64,000 nucleotides of DNA from Mytilus californianus (GCF_021869535.1 NW_026262581.1:80476001-80540000), one strand, 5' to 3'. Numbered from the stretch's first letter, positions 13,951 through 25,759 are shown. Made by a program: numbers and translations. Notes: generated from the sequence alone by a model not told the origin.

Positions 13951-15667
13951 TAGGAATCGAAACGGTATTTGGAAAGCCATACAATTTACCTCAATTTGGG
14001 ATAGACTCTTGAATTTTAAAGAGTCAAAATAGGATGAACGGATCATATAAACCCGAAGGTAAATATATTACAAGTCCAAACGAAAAAATATAAACAAGTC
14101 TAAATTGAAAACAACGTTCAAACCTATGATTGCGTTGGATAAAAACCGCAATTTTTATACGTGTGCATGCAAAAAAAATTTCTTGTTAGAGGGGTCTAAA
14201 TACAGCACAAACAACATTTTCCAAAAGACAAAAAAAAGTGAAAAAGTATATTTTAACAAAACGTATTTGACTAACAGGTCGAACAACAAATGTTCTTAAA
14301 CCCTGCTGACTGCCATTGGCGATTGCCAAATAAACGGATCACCGATGTAATAAATGGATCTTATTTATAATTTTTATACTAAACAGAAAACAATAAACTT
14401 GCGGAAAAGATGGTATACCGCAAAAAGAAGGTGCAAAAGTTTTTGTACACCATAATATATATTTAAAAAAAAAAGAAGTTAGGCGAATTAACTGAAGAAT
14501 TTTGATAAAATAAATGTATTCAAATAGCGAAAAATAACAGTTTATTGAAAATTCATTAGCTAAAATGTTTTGTTCCCATTATAGACCTAATGTAAACTAT
14601 GCCAGCCGCATGAATGTCTTGAACTAGAAAATTAAAATCATTCTATCTTTGTTCCTTTGAAAATTCAATCTCTCATATAAAGTCCTTATATAAATATTTG
14701 TCTTCCACAAATTAGTAATTGATTTAGAGATTAATCGATTACAAATGTAAATTTCATTACATCATCTTATGTCACATCAAGTATAATTTTCAATAATTGT
14801 TATTGAAAATATCTTAGATGCTGTGAATGTTCGTGTTACTTAAGGCTTTGGTTTATGTAAACACGAGTCATATCTATCATCATAATCAAATATAGGTTTT
14901 TTTCTGTGTCATTGTCCAGATTTTGTTCATTTGGCTTCCATTTTCTCTCTTTTGATTGGCAGGTGATTCTTTTATTAGAATTTCCTGATTTTCGTGAATA
15001 TAGAAATGTATGGTATATATATTATTACAGAAATTCATCACTCAGAAAAACTAAACTAGTTGAGGGATTTAAAGAAAATAATGACTTCCAGGCATGCAAG
15101 TTTTATAAAATTGCAAAAAGTAATTTTCCAAAATTGACAGGAAAACAAATTTAATAGTAAAAATCATGGATTTCAGATTTCATACTTAGATTTGTTGGTT
15201 TTAGCTTTTCAGCTTGTTTTTTTTATCGGCGTTTTTTCATATCGTGGCAAAGATATTTAATGGTTCAAATGTGTTTCTATTGTTAAATATTATATATACG
15301 TCTACCAGTAAAGTCGCTGGAAAAGCTATAATTCCTGTGATAATTCCAACTAGAAATACTTTACCTGCATGTACCTCTAGATCTCTTATCGACGTTTCTT
15401 ACAATTTTTGTCATTTGAATGTAATGTGTGCATTTTAACCAGGAATTTTCGTCAATCAAAGACAGGGAAAGGTAAAACATATTTCTACACTATCTTTCAT
15501 TGATAAGTTTATTTTCATCATGAAAAACGCTGGAGGAACAATAAGAAGGAACTTATTGCAGCCTTAATTGTCCATATATATTTTAATGCGATCTCAAGGT
15601 ATGCAAATATACATCTTATTTTTTCAGTTATCTAAACCCCACGGTTGGAAAAAATGTATACATCGAA

Positions 15668-15930
15668 TCTGATGTTCAGTAGTTGTCGTTTGTTGATGTG
15701 GTTCATAAGTGTTTCTCGCTTCTCGTTTTTTATATAGATTAGACCGTTGGTTTTCCCGTTTGAATGGTTTTACACTAGTAATTGTTGGGCCCTTTATAGC
15801 TTACTGTTCGGTGTGAGCCAAGGCTCCGTGTTGAAGACCGTGCTGTGACCTATAATGGTTTACTTTTATGAATTTTGACTTGGATGGATAGTTGTCTCAT
15901 TGGCACTCATACCACATCTTCTTATATCTA
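15668..15930 (+). mobile_element. 5'-truncated copy of a twister-family repeat (3' portion only)
   Basis: Near-identical in its last ~140 bp to 58988-59131 (CCTTTATAGCTT..TTCGGTGTGAGCCAAGGCTCCGTGTTG..GTTGTCTCATTGGCACTCATA.CACATCTT). Confidence 0.7.
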
Positions 15931-17827
15931 TGGACCCACCATTACCTACAACGAGTATTCGATAACTGCACGATATGAGCAACTATCGAGTCCTTAAACT
16001 GCAAAAGAGTTAACTCCTTCAATACAGTTTCTTAATTATTTATGTTTTATAGATATTAGTTGTGAAGTTACTATCATAACGTAATAAACCTGTAGAATTA
16101 ACATGTTTTTCCTAAAATGATCAGATGATACAAAATTTAAGCAAATTAATTAGCAACTAAATACCGTTTGTTTTTAGAACAAATACATGATTTATCAACT
16201 GGAATATACATTTACAAGCAAAATGTATCACCAAAATCATGCCAGTACCAAATCACTGGCTACTAGGCGTGTTTTATCCTCCTGAACAGTTCTCTCCCAC
16301 TCAGCAGTAGTATTATAGATCCAGTGGTAGTCAAGGCGTCTGATACCGATTTCTGTATGAGCGAAAAGTGTTTCAGTAAAAAATTTACTAATTAAGCTCA
16401 AGAACAAAAGACTAGAAAATCTAAAATAAAAAACGTTTAAAAGCATAAAAACCATAAGAGCCAATAGAGAGACCAACCAAAACCGTATGTGGTAAACTTT
16501 GCAAGAGAGAGTTGCAACATTAGTTCTAGCACTATGACATATGTATAACAAGGTAACTATTCGGACAAAACGAAATCAGTTAAATCATGCCTGTCAAAAC
16601 GGTACTGGATGCTGACCGGTTGGTACCCTTGGGAACTAATAGTCAACTAGCAGTAACAGATACTAACTTAGTGGTAAATACGCATGATACCGACTTCCGA
16701 ACGCATGCAAAGTGTTTCTTGAATAGCCTTTAACAGATACGCTCAATAACAAAAGTAGCGTTACTGGTACATATATAGAGACACATTCATAAAACACCAT
16801 TTACTTTTTAGTAAACTTGAATAAAAATATAATAAACTTTAGTGTATGTTACAGTTGAGAGTTTATATTGTTCCAAAAGCTACCTCTCGTATGCTATTTA
16901 ATAAATCTCTAGAAATACTTACAGTTGAAAAGTATCGTGAGAAGATAATGTTTCATTGATAAGGTAAACTGGTAGAGTTTTTTCTTTTATGATTTTATTG
17001 GAAATCCCAAGTACAATGTATATATTTCGAATAGATTTGGCGGGAAATTCGAGACGATAACTTTGATTAAGTACTGTTGATAAAGGTGGAACTGTAAAAC
17101 TGACTTATCATATGAGATCATGTCATTGTCCACTACCGCACACGTCGCTTGGGACATACATGTATATGTTACAATAAATTTAGTCCTTCTTTGTCCATCT
17201 GTAGGAATACAATGATATTTTCGATTCGTTTCTAAAAAGGTTTCATACATGGTAGAATAATTTGTTATGATGTTCTTTTGACCAAATATACCGTCATTTT
17301 TATTTAACAATTTTGCAGATCTAGAGGTAGTGGGACCGACCTCTTTTTATGTTGTAACAGTGACACCTTATGGACGCAACTCCTTTGAGACTGTTTGACA
17401 GAAAGCTTTCATACTAGTTACTCAGTAGATTTATTTGTTATCATGTGACAAAAACGTATGAAATGAGATGTGGGTACACTTCAATGAGACAGAAACAGAG
17501 CGACACAAACAAACGAAATTCCAACTAGAGGACAACAAACGGTCTTGGACAATATTTGTTAATATGATAATATGTTGGGTATGAACCAATGAAACAGCAA
17601 CCCAACGAATTGAATAACAACAAAACATCTAGAGGGAAACATAAAGATATGTATATATAAATTAAATATAACATCTACACACGCTTAAAACACATGTCTT
17701 ATGTCTATCTTTAGATTCTATATCAGAGATGAGCTATCAACAACAATTTATCCTAATAACAAAAAGCAATGAGGTAATACATAAACCAACCATTGAGGAG
17801 ATTCCTTGCTGGGATGTGGCTGGTTAA

Positions 17828-18180
17828 AATATATATGTATGTGTATTGTCAACACAATTTTATAACATCATCTTCGTATATTACCATCTTATATTGGTAC
17901 CGTTGTGCAAATCTTAAGACTTATTTAATGTTTTCCTTATCTGCGCAGTATCGTCTATTCTAGACGATCCGGTACATATTAAATTTGCTGGTTGGTCCTT
18001 TTTATAGACTTCTATATATAACTCGTCTCAAATTTAGCCCAACAATGTTGGATCTTCAAATTTGCATTAGCAAATTTTTGTTCTTCCCTCAGCAGGATTC
18101 GAACCCTTGCTTCTGAGACATCGTGGCGACATCGCCTGCACCGTGTGTGGCGCCCTAGACCAATTGACCACCTAGGCTAC
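17828..18180 (-). mobile_element. tRNA-derived SINE
   Basis: Minus strand head GTAGCCTAGGTGGTCAATTGGTCTAGG (A-box) and GGGTTCGAATCC (B-box), with an insertion-expanded tRNA body. Simple-repeat (AT/AC) tail near 17830. Confidence 0.7.
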
Positions 18181-18409
18181 ATAAATATATACATATATAT
18201 AGATTTTTCTTATAGATTTAATTATCTTAAAATACAACATAAGACAAACCTTATTTATATATCAAGCTCTAAATACTTAGTAGCTCCGAGTCTGGAAAAT
18301 TGTAAATAAGTTAATCAGAGACCCTCAAAGATATGCCTAAAAAAATTTCCTAATGACAAAAACGTAAGATACGAATACGAATATTTTATTCTCATAAGCA
18401 CTAAAACAG

Positions 18410-18525
18410 AAATTTAACTAAGAGAAAGCACGCCACAAACGAGGCTCCTGGCTTGGGTCCGGCACATGAACATTTACATTTATCGGGGTTAAACAAGTTT
18501 TTAGGTCTCAACTCTCCACTTTCAT
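18410..18525 (-). mobile_element. Degenerate twister-like fragment
   Basis: Minus strand GGAGAG-TTGAGACCTAA-AAACTTGTT-TAACCCCG...GCCGG-ACCCAAGC-CAGGAGCC. Confidence 0.5.
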
Positions 18526-20704
18526 TTTCGTTCAGTGGAACAAAAAGTTGCATAAAAAACGTACACTAAAATTCAGTACTCAAAACGCACTTAATTCTAT
18601 AATAACGAAATAGAAGATAACAAAACCACAAGTACAGAGAAAAAAAAAACAAGTAGAGAATTAATGTTAATCCTAAGAAAACACCACTTTTGATTGAACA
18701 AGAGTAGTTAGAATATAACCTTTAGCAATAGTCTATTTAACCAAAACAAAAACGTCTGTGTGCTGACATTTCACATTATATGAAATCTACGAATATACTG
18801 ATTATACATACATGCACTAATTCTGGCAAAAAAAGTATTTAAATACGTTCAACGGCGATAAAATAGGTCTCGCATTGAAAAAGGAGTGAAATCTTCACTT
18901 CATTAGTGTCAAAAATCACAATTAGGATGAGGTTATTTGGACTTTTATTTCTTTTTCTTTTTCGAGTTTAAACTGTATATGAAAACGACGAGGCTGCATT
19001 TTTTCTCAGTTCGTGAGCTTTCTAAGACAAAAACATGGTCTAGGCAAGATATTTTAAATATGTTTGCTTTAAAATACTATTTAAAAAAAGAGAACACGGT
19101 CCAAAATTAGATTGGTGATTGATGATTTTTTTCGTGAAATATTTTGTTATGCATTGAATCATTTCCGAAAACAGATTTTTAGTATAAGTCAGTTACTTTC
19201 ACCGTTATATATGCATGTCTGTAGCTTTTTCATAGATTGTCGAACGACTCAAAATTGATAGAATGCCAAACATGCCTGTTTAATCAAGTACTAATAATAT
19301 ACATGTAGTTTTCAATATGAAAATAAGGAGATGTGGTATGATTGTCAATGAGACAACTATCTACATGTACCAAAGACCAAGGAACAAGAAGTGAACAAGA
19401 TAATTCAACAATGCGCAAAACGCATGCCGTATAGTAAGCTAAAAAATGGAGTTACCAATATGTGAACAAATTAAAAAAAAAATAACGCTCTGGTGTTAGC
19501 TTAAAACCTAATGCGAAAAACTGTTATGTCGGACAGCAACGGACTTAAAACTCGTGGCTTGGTCAGGCTCAATTTCTTTTCATAACACGGGGACAGTGGA
19601 GTATGAGCACAATATTAGAACACACAATAATAATCAGTTTAAAGGGCTTGACTCATCAGAACGTATAGTACTAATAGATAAAAAAAACATCAAATAACAC
19701 AAAGCATCGATCTAAGAGTACAAGCAGCAACGTTTAATGAAAGCTAGTTCGAATACCAAATTCAACTCATGAATAGACCAATTTTTCAAGACTAAAATTA
19801 TACTCTCTATACTATACATATATACACTCCCGTGCTCTATACTATACATATACACTCCCGTGAACACAGAGAAAGAAGTTTTCCACTTTTTGAGTCAATC
19901 ACAGTTACTTTTGTGAATAACTTTTAGACTCGGTTCTTGATTACATTAATTACGAAAATTAAATGTTCAGTTATTAAGTGCACTGTAGTATGTCATTTGC
20001 TATGGTTTTTATTTTTATGGTTATACTTTTCTATTTTTTCCCCGTTTATTTTTACGACGATAAAGCTGTTACAACAATGATTTTTTAAATATCGATATTT
20101 ATCATGTATTGAATCAACCTGAATCTTTTGAAAATGTTTAGAACTGAGAATTTTTATATTAGTAATAAATTACATATTGTGTTATTTTTATTAATGTGTA
20201 ATGACTCACAAGGGAATGAAATAAATGAATGAAATGAAAAGGATGATAATTATTAAGGAAACATTTCATTACAGTTGAACAATATTATTTTATTGCTTTT
20301 AAAAACATAAAATAACAAAAGCAAAAAGAACCATTGGAAGTGCGTGGTTCGTATTTCTGTGTTCAAATTCATTGACATTTTCTATAATGGCTTAAAGCAG
20401 ATTCGAAATACGGCAATGTTGAGCCAATCAAATACCAAGTGTAGCCTTAGCAATCACATACTTACGTCAGTTGATCTCTTGTGGAAAGTTGTCTTGTTGG
20501 CAATCATACATCTTCTTATTTTTAGTTAGCAAAAACCCATTCGATTAATTTATTGTTGCTAAACATTCTTGGTATATGTTTCATGCATATTTTTCCATGT
20601 ATATAGGTGGTACATTTAAATCAAGTGAACGTACAATATATCGAATATGCTATATGTTATGAAATTTACTAAAAAGAAGTAGACAGTAAAGAAAAGCACA
20701 CCAA

Positions 20705-22464
20705 ACAATACAATACAATATGCTTTATTTAAAAACACTCCGTCACATTGACATGTGAAACAAGAGGTAAATATATACAAAATACAATCACATACAATCA
20801 TAGAAATAAATAGAACAACTTCGAAATGAAATATATTAATAATTACTTTACTTTATAATATTTTCGTTAACTTTGAAACGAACAAAGATACATTCTTAAG
20901 TACATTAATATTAACCAATGATAGTAGTCCTTTCATTTTTGATGCACTGGTATATTTAATATAGTATTCTGAAATGTGCTGATTTCTGATACTTTTTACT
21001 AATACAGAATTGCATTCAAATAAATAATGGTATTCATTACCAATAGCATTTAAACACAAATTACATGTCCTCTCGTCTTTTGGAATATTGTACCATCTAC
21101 CCAGCTCTACTGGAATTTTTACATTACAGCATCTTTATTTTGAAATATATTCACGTTCGATTGGTGATAATTGTACAAGATAGTTTTCTAAGCCAAACAT
21201 TGTTTTAAAAAGACCATAAAATTCTCCTCTGGATGAGTTGTCAATTTGATTATGCCAATTTTGAATGAATGCATCTTTAAGTTTTTCTTTCAGAACGATT
21301 TTTAGTTGATTTACATCTAATGGTAATTGCTGAGTCCAAACATAGCTCAGTCCGGAATTGTCTAAAATCGATTTAATATAGTCAATCCATTTGAACATGT
21401 CTTTTAAGTTGAACATAATTTGATAAAGTATACTGCTTAGTTTATTTTCATTGGCGAGAAGTTTGTTCCAAAAACACACCATTCTACATTTTATTATGGT
21501 ATCTATTGGTGTACGACCAAGTTCTCCATATGTCATAATATTTGGTGTCGAGGATCTAATTTTCAACACATTCCGGCAAAACTGTAGTTGGATTTTTTCA
21601 AGCATGTAATTGTTTCCGAATCCCCATATTTCACACCCATATGTCAGAATTGGAAGTATAAGTGCATCAAACAGCTGTAATTGTACGTCGACAGGTATTG
21701 AGAGGTTACGTATCTTTGTATAAAGACTAAAAAGTGCTTTCTGTGCTTGTTCGCTAAGACGTTTCTTCGCTGTTTCAAATGAACCATTGTAGTTAAAAGT
21801 TAGTCCTAAATATGGATAAAAATCTTGAATTCCAATAGACTGGTTAAATATTTGAAACTTTGGTAATGTTCGTGATTTCCGTTTGCAGAACACAACAACC
21901 TTTGTCTTCGATAAATTAACATTTAACTTCCATCATACACAGTATCTTTCAAAAACATTTAAGGCTTGTTGCATTGATTCGGCCGTTTCAGATATAATTA
22001 TATAATTATAGTGTCGTCGGCGTACAAAAGAACGAAAAGTTTTATATAGATATGCAAATAATTGCGGCAAATATTTTCCATAACTTGCAAGTTTTGAAAA
22101 TCATTTTCAGCAAAGAAAGACTCAAGATCATTTAGATAAACAGCAAATAAAAAGGGGGATAAATTTTCTCCCTGTCTCACTCAATATTCGCCTTTTGTAA
22201 TTTTATCCATAAAGATGTGTGACAGATTGTGTCAAAGGCTCTCGAAAAATCAACAAAAGTGCAAAAGAGTTTTTTTTCCAAGAGCTTGATAATTGATATT
22301 AATGAATGTAATACACATATGTTATCCAATGTACTATAACCTTTTCTGAATCCTGTTTGAGCCTCGGAAATCAGATTGATCTCAATTGAAAGTTCCCCGA
22401 GTCTTTCATTTAAGATCGATGTGAAAGTTTTTCCTAGACATGACACTAAAGTTATTGGTCTGTA
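20705..22464 (-). mobile_element. 5'-truncated, decayed non-LTR retrotransposon (RTE-X-like RT plus C-terminal zinc-binding region)
   Basis: Motifs YRPITLVSCLGK, QTGFRKG, FVDFSRAFDTI, RQGENLSPFLF, LLYADD, YPYLGL, then CNLC...EYHYLFEC across frames. Internal deletion near 22180; stop at 20853; AATAAA followed by an (ATTGT)n tail at 20705-20729. Confidence 0.9.
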
Positions 22465-23483
22465 TGGGGGGGGGGGGGGGGGGGGGGGGGGGTCACCATT
22501 AATATCAGTCGATCATTCATCATGGGGGAAAAAACTTTTAATCAAAAAGCGGGAGACATTTATTCCCAAGGAATCAAATAGTATAGGCAAAAACTAGTGT
22601 TACGGTAGTTCGATCGATTATTTCCGAGGGATTTGCAATTTGGTTTATAAAAATTACAATTATACCAGATTACATTTTATAAAAACGTTCGAAATACATG
22701 TAAAGCAATGTCAATGGGTGATACAGTCCACACGAAGATTTTTGCTAATGAAATTCAAAATACTATAATAATTCATATATGAAATTTTTTTATAATGCAT
22801 CAAAATTTCAAAAGACAAAGTTAGTGCTTGTTTGTCTTTTATAAAGCTATAAGTAACAGAAAAAATATAGCTTTGTGGCTTTTTATATAAAATGTATGGA
22901 AAGAAACGAATTTTTAACTGCAAGAAAAATAACAGCATATGAAAAATAACAAGAATTCCAAAGTATTATACCATAGGTTATTCAACATATCGAAATAACT
23001 ATGTGGAAGGCAACATGGGAATTCGTTAAATTATTACCATTCTTTCCTGATGCAGTATCAAAAGTCATTATGTTAATTCAAGGATAAAATTTCGCTAAGC
23101 CGAAGAAAAGACGAAAACCACCTTCAGCGTAACAGCAGAAATACGAAGAAAGTAAGGTCCGTCGTGATTTTACCCGTTTTGTAACGACTACAAATGAATT
23201 ATGTTTTCCAACAATTTTGTAATTAACTAAATGATTAATCAAATATTAACGAAAATATTATAAGTATTTATAATTACCGGCCTTTGACTTTTGATAATTG
23301 AAGTCATAGACACCGAAGAGGAACTAAAATGAACTGTGACGTTAACGGTTACTTGAACAATACCGTTCGTTTGTAGTGGAAGTGTAAGACGATAATTGTA
23401 TGCCATACGAATATTACATATTAGGTTGTTTTGTAAACTTGTATTTTAAATTATTTAATCAACATGGTATATAAATTTGCTTT

Positions 23484-23615
23484 AGGGACTACAATTTGAT
23501 TTTCTGGGTGGGGACAGAAGGATTTTGAAAAAGAATAACTTGGCCTGGTAAGAATTGAAAAATAAATGACTTTGCACAAGACTGGAAGAATATGAATAAT
23601 TTGCAAAATAAAATG
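23484..23615 (+). mobile_element. Left half of a TIR MITE split by the Penelope-like insertion
   Basis: Begins AGGGACTACAATTT and shares TGGCCTGGTAAGA..TGAAAA(A)TAAAT with the intact copy at 63365-63630. Confidence 0.65.
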
Positions 23616-25145
23616 CATAAGGCTGCTAACAATATCATTATTGTTTGACGTAAATTTTACATTGAGGTTCTGAAAAAGGAAATCAAGAATTCACCCAACA
23701 TTCCAACTGACTCCATTTTCAGAAAATGACATCTGTAACAAACATAAACTTTTAGCTATCTCTTTACAAGCAAAACCAAATACATTGTACAATGAAAGTT
23801 CCAACTATGTACTGGCTTGCAAAGCTGCACAAAACTCCTTACAAATATAGATTTATTTCTTCTTCAATGTTCCACTACTAAACTATATATTCTACTTACT
23901 AGTACACTTGGTATAATCAAAAACCTGGTAATAAATTGTTCAAATAAGGCCTTTGAATATAGTGGAATTAATTACTTTTGGAGTGTCAAAAATTCGTTGG
24001 AAGTACATGTACTTGATAAATTGCATGCTTATATTGGTGATTTCGAATTTGTTCAAAGTTTTGATTTTTCTACCCTATATACCACTTTACCTCATAATCT
24101 TACTAAGAAAAAATTCACACACCTGATTAAATGTGCATTTAAAAAGTCAGAATGCGAATATATAATTATGTTCAAACTCTTTTAGGTCATTTTTAGTAAC
24201 AACAAACAAAAGAACTATGTCAATTGGACCTGTTTTGATACTATAACTGCCCTTGAATTTTTACTAGATAACATTTTTGTTCGCTATGGAGATTCCGTAT
24301 ATCGTCAAGTTATTGGAATTCCCATGGAGACTAACTGTGCACCACTTATTGCGGACCTGTTTCTGTATTGTTATGAGTTACAATTTATGACTAAAATCAG
24401 CAAAGACCCATCGAAACAACACCTGATTCCAAAATTTAATAACAATATTAGATATTTAGGTGATATATTGGCTCTCAATAATGACGACTTCAGTATGTAC
24501 ACTAAAAAGGTTTATCCTGCCTAACTGACCTTAAATAAAGCTAATACTAACAATGAACACTGCCCCTTCCTGGATCTTGATATCTATATCTTTAACGGGA
24601 AGCTTAATACCAAAATTTATGACAAAAGAGATGATTTTTCATTTCCTATTGTTAATTATCCATTTTTAGATGGTGACGTTCCCTTGTCACCATCTTATGG
24701 TGTTTATATATCTCAACTTGTTCGATTCGCTAGTGTATGTAACAACGTATTTGATTTTAACGAAGGAAATCTCATAACTGAAAAGTAATTACACCAGGGT
24801 TTTCGATATCACAAACTAGTCAAAACATTTACTAAATTTTATCATCGGTACAATGACATCATTCGTAAATATAAATCAACATGCAGACATCTTATACGTT
24901 CAGGTATTTCACATCCAATCTTTTATGGTAATATTCTTTACAAAGCACAAAAATGTCGGCATTCACCTCAAAAGCTAACCAAACCTTTAAACAGACTTAT
25001 TCGGAAGGGATATAGTTACGATACTGTTGTCAAGTCATTAAGAATTGCATATTTTGGTACATGTATTAATATTGATTCACTCATAGGGTCTTTGCATCGG
25101 AAATAAACACATTTATTCTAAAACCAGTTGTTGGCATGCTACGGG

Positions 25146-25234
25146 TTATGTTCTTCTCATATATTTTTTGATGGTATGATGCTAAACCCCTAACGGAATG
25201 GATTGTACTTGATTTTCATATGATTAAGACATAA
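25146..25234 (+). promoter_or_regulatory. SECIS-like element (form 2-like) in the 3' UTR of the Penelope-like element
   Basis: UGAU (25169-72) / UGAU (25210-13) quartet. Helix II GGUAUGAU/AUUGUACU. AAA at 25184-86, 11 nt after the quartet, followed by a CC/GG mini-stem. Helix I UCAUAU/AUAUGA plus UUAUGU/ACAUAA. The base before the core is U, not the usual A/G. Confidence 0.7.
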
Positions 25235-25426
25235 CACATAATCTTTCAATCAGTTTAATTGAGGTCTGGAGCTGGCATGTCAGTAACTGCTAGTAGTCCT
25301 TTGTTAATTTATGTATCATTGTCATTTTGCTTAGTTTCTTTTGTTACCTATTCTGAAATTGGACTCGGACTTCTTTTAAACTGAGTTTTACTGTGCGTAT
25401 CGCTGTGTGTTTCTTTATTCTACATT

Positions 25427-25518
25427 GGCTAGAGGTATAGGGGGAGGGTTGAGATCTCACAAAACATGTTTAACCCCGCTGCATTTTTGCGCCTGTCCCA
25501 AGTCAGGAGCCTCTGGCC
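25427..25518 (+). ncRNA. P5-type (circularly permuted) twister ribozyme fold; predicted cleavage U25471^A25472
   Basis: GGCUAGAGGU(P5)-AUAG-GGG(P2')-GAGGG-[palindromes]-U^AA-CCC(P2)-C-GC-U-GCAUUUUUGC(P3)-G-CCUG-UCCCAAGU-CAGG(P4)-A-GCCUCUGGCC(P5'). The core matches, position by position, the Oryza twister core as I recall it. Confidence 0.82.
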
Positions 25519-25759
25519 TTTGTTAGTCTTTTATGTTTTTTAATTTTAGTTCATTTATATGTTTTGGAGTTTAGTATGACGTACATTTTCACTGAACTAG
25601 TGCACATTTTTATTTAGGGGCCAGATGAGGACCACCTCCGGTGCGGGATTTTCTCGCTTCGTTGAAGACCCATCGGTTGCCTTTGGCTGTTATCTGCTCT
25701 TTGGCCGGGTTGTTGTCTCTTTGACATATTCCCCATTTCCATTTTCAATTTTACGACAG

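Larger units (their letters stand above)
13012..14452 (-). repeat. Tandem array of a 540-bp unit (2.67 copies) carrying hammerhead ribozymes; Penelope-like pseudo-LTR or retrozyme type
   Basis: TAAACAAGTC recurs at 13012, 13551 and 14091, and the copies are nearly identical. A (TA)n tract abuts the left end (12992-13011) and an AT-rich run abuts the right end. Confidence 0.92.
23616..25753 (+). mobile_element. 5'-truncated, decayed Penelope-like retroelement with C-terminal RT (Naiad-type) and ~650-bp 3' region
   Basis: Across frameshifts: KAANNIIIV*RKFY, YWLAKLHKTPYKYRFI, FDFSTLYTTLPH, GIPMETNCAPLIADLFL, RYLGDIL, HCPFLDLDI, IYDKRDDFSFPIVNYP, SYGVYISQLVRF. The ORF ends at TAA 25104-25106 with no C-terminal GIY-YIG, which matches the N-terminal-endonuclease (Naiad) organisation. 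Two premature TAA codons and several frameshifts. Confidence 0.88.

Noticed and set aside
13259-14299. Repeated short ORFs in the 540-bp array
   Set aside because: No recognisable domain. They recur only because the unit is repeated, and copy 1 has a frameshift.
15230-15400. Minus-strand hydrophobic stretch (VFLVGIITGIIAFPATLLVDVYIIF) reminiscent of a transmembrane exon
   Set aside because: No convincing splice sites or partner exons, and no identifiable family motif.
16237-17310. ORFs of 104 and 107 aa
   Set aside because: No recognisable domains, and the composition is typical of translated AT-rich non-coding DNA.
18085-18180. Possible tRNA gene
   Set aside because: A and B boxes are present, but spacing is expanded, I could not fold a cloverleaf, and a SINE-like body and tail follow.
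19880-20240. Possible 3' end of another LINE (AATAAA followed by TGAA/GAAAT repeats)
   Set aside because: No supporting RT-derived peptide could be read.
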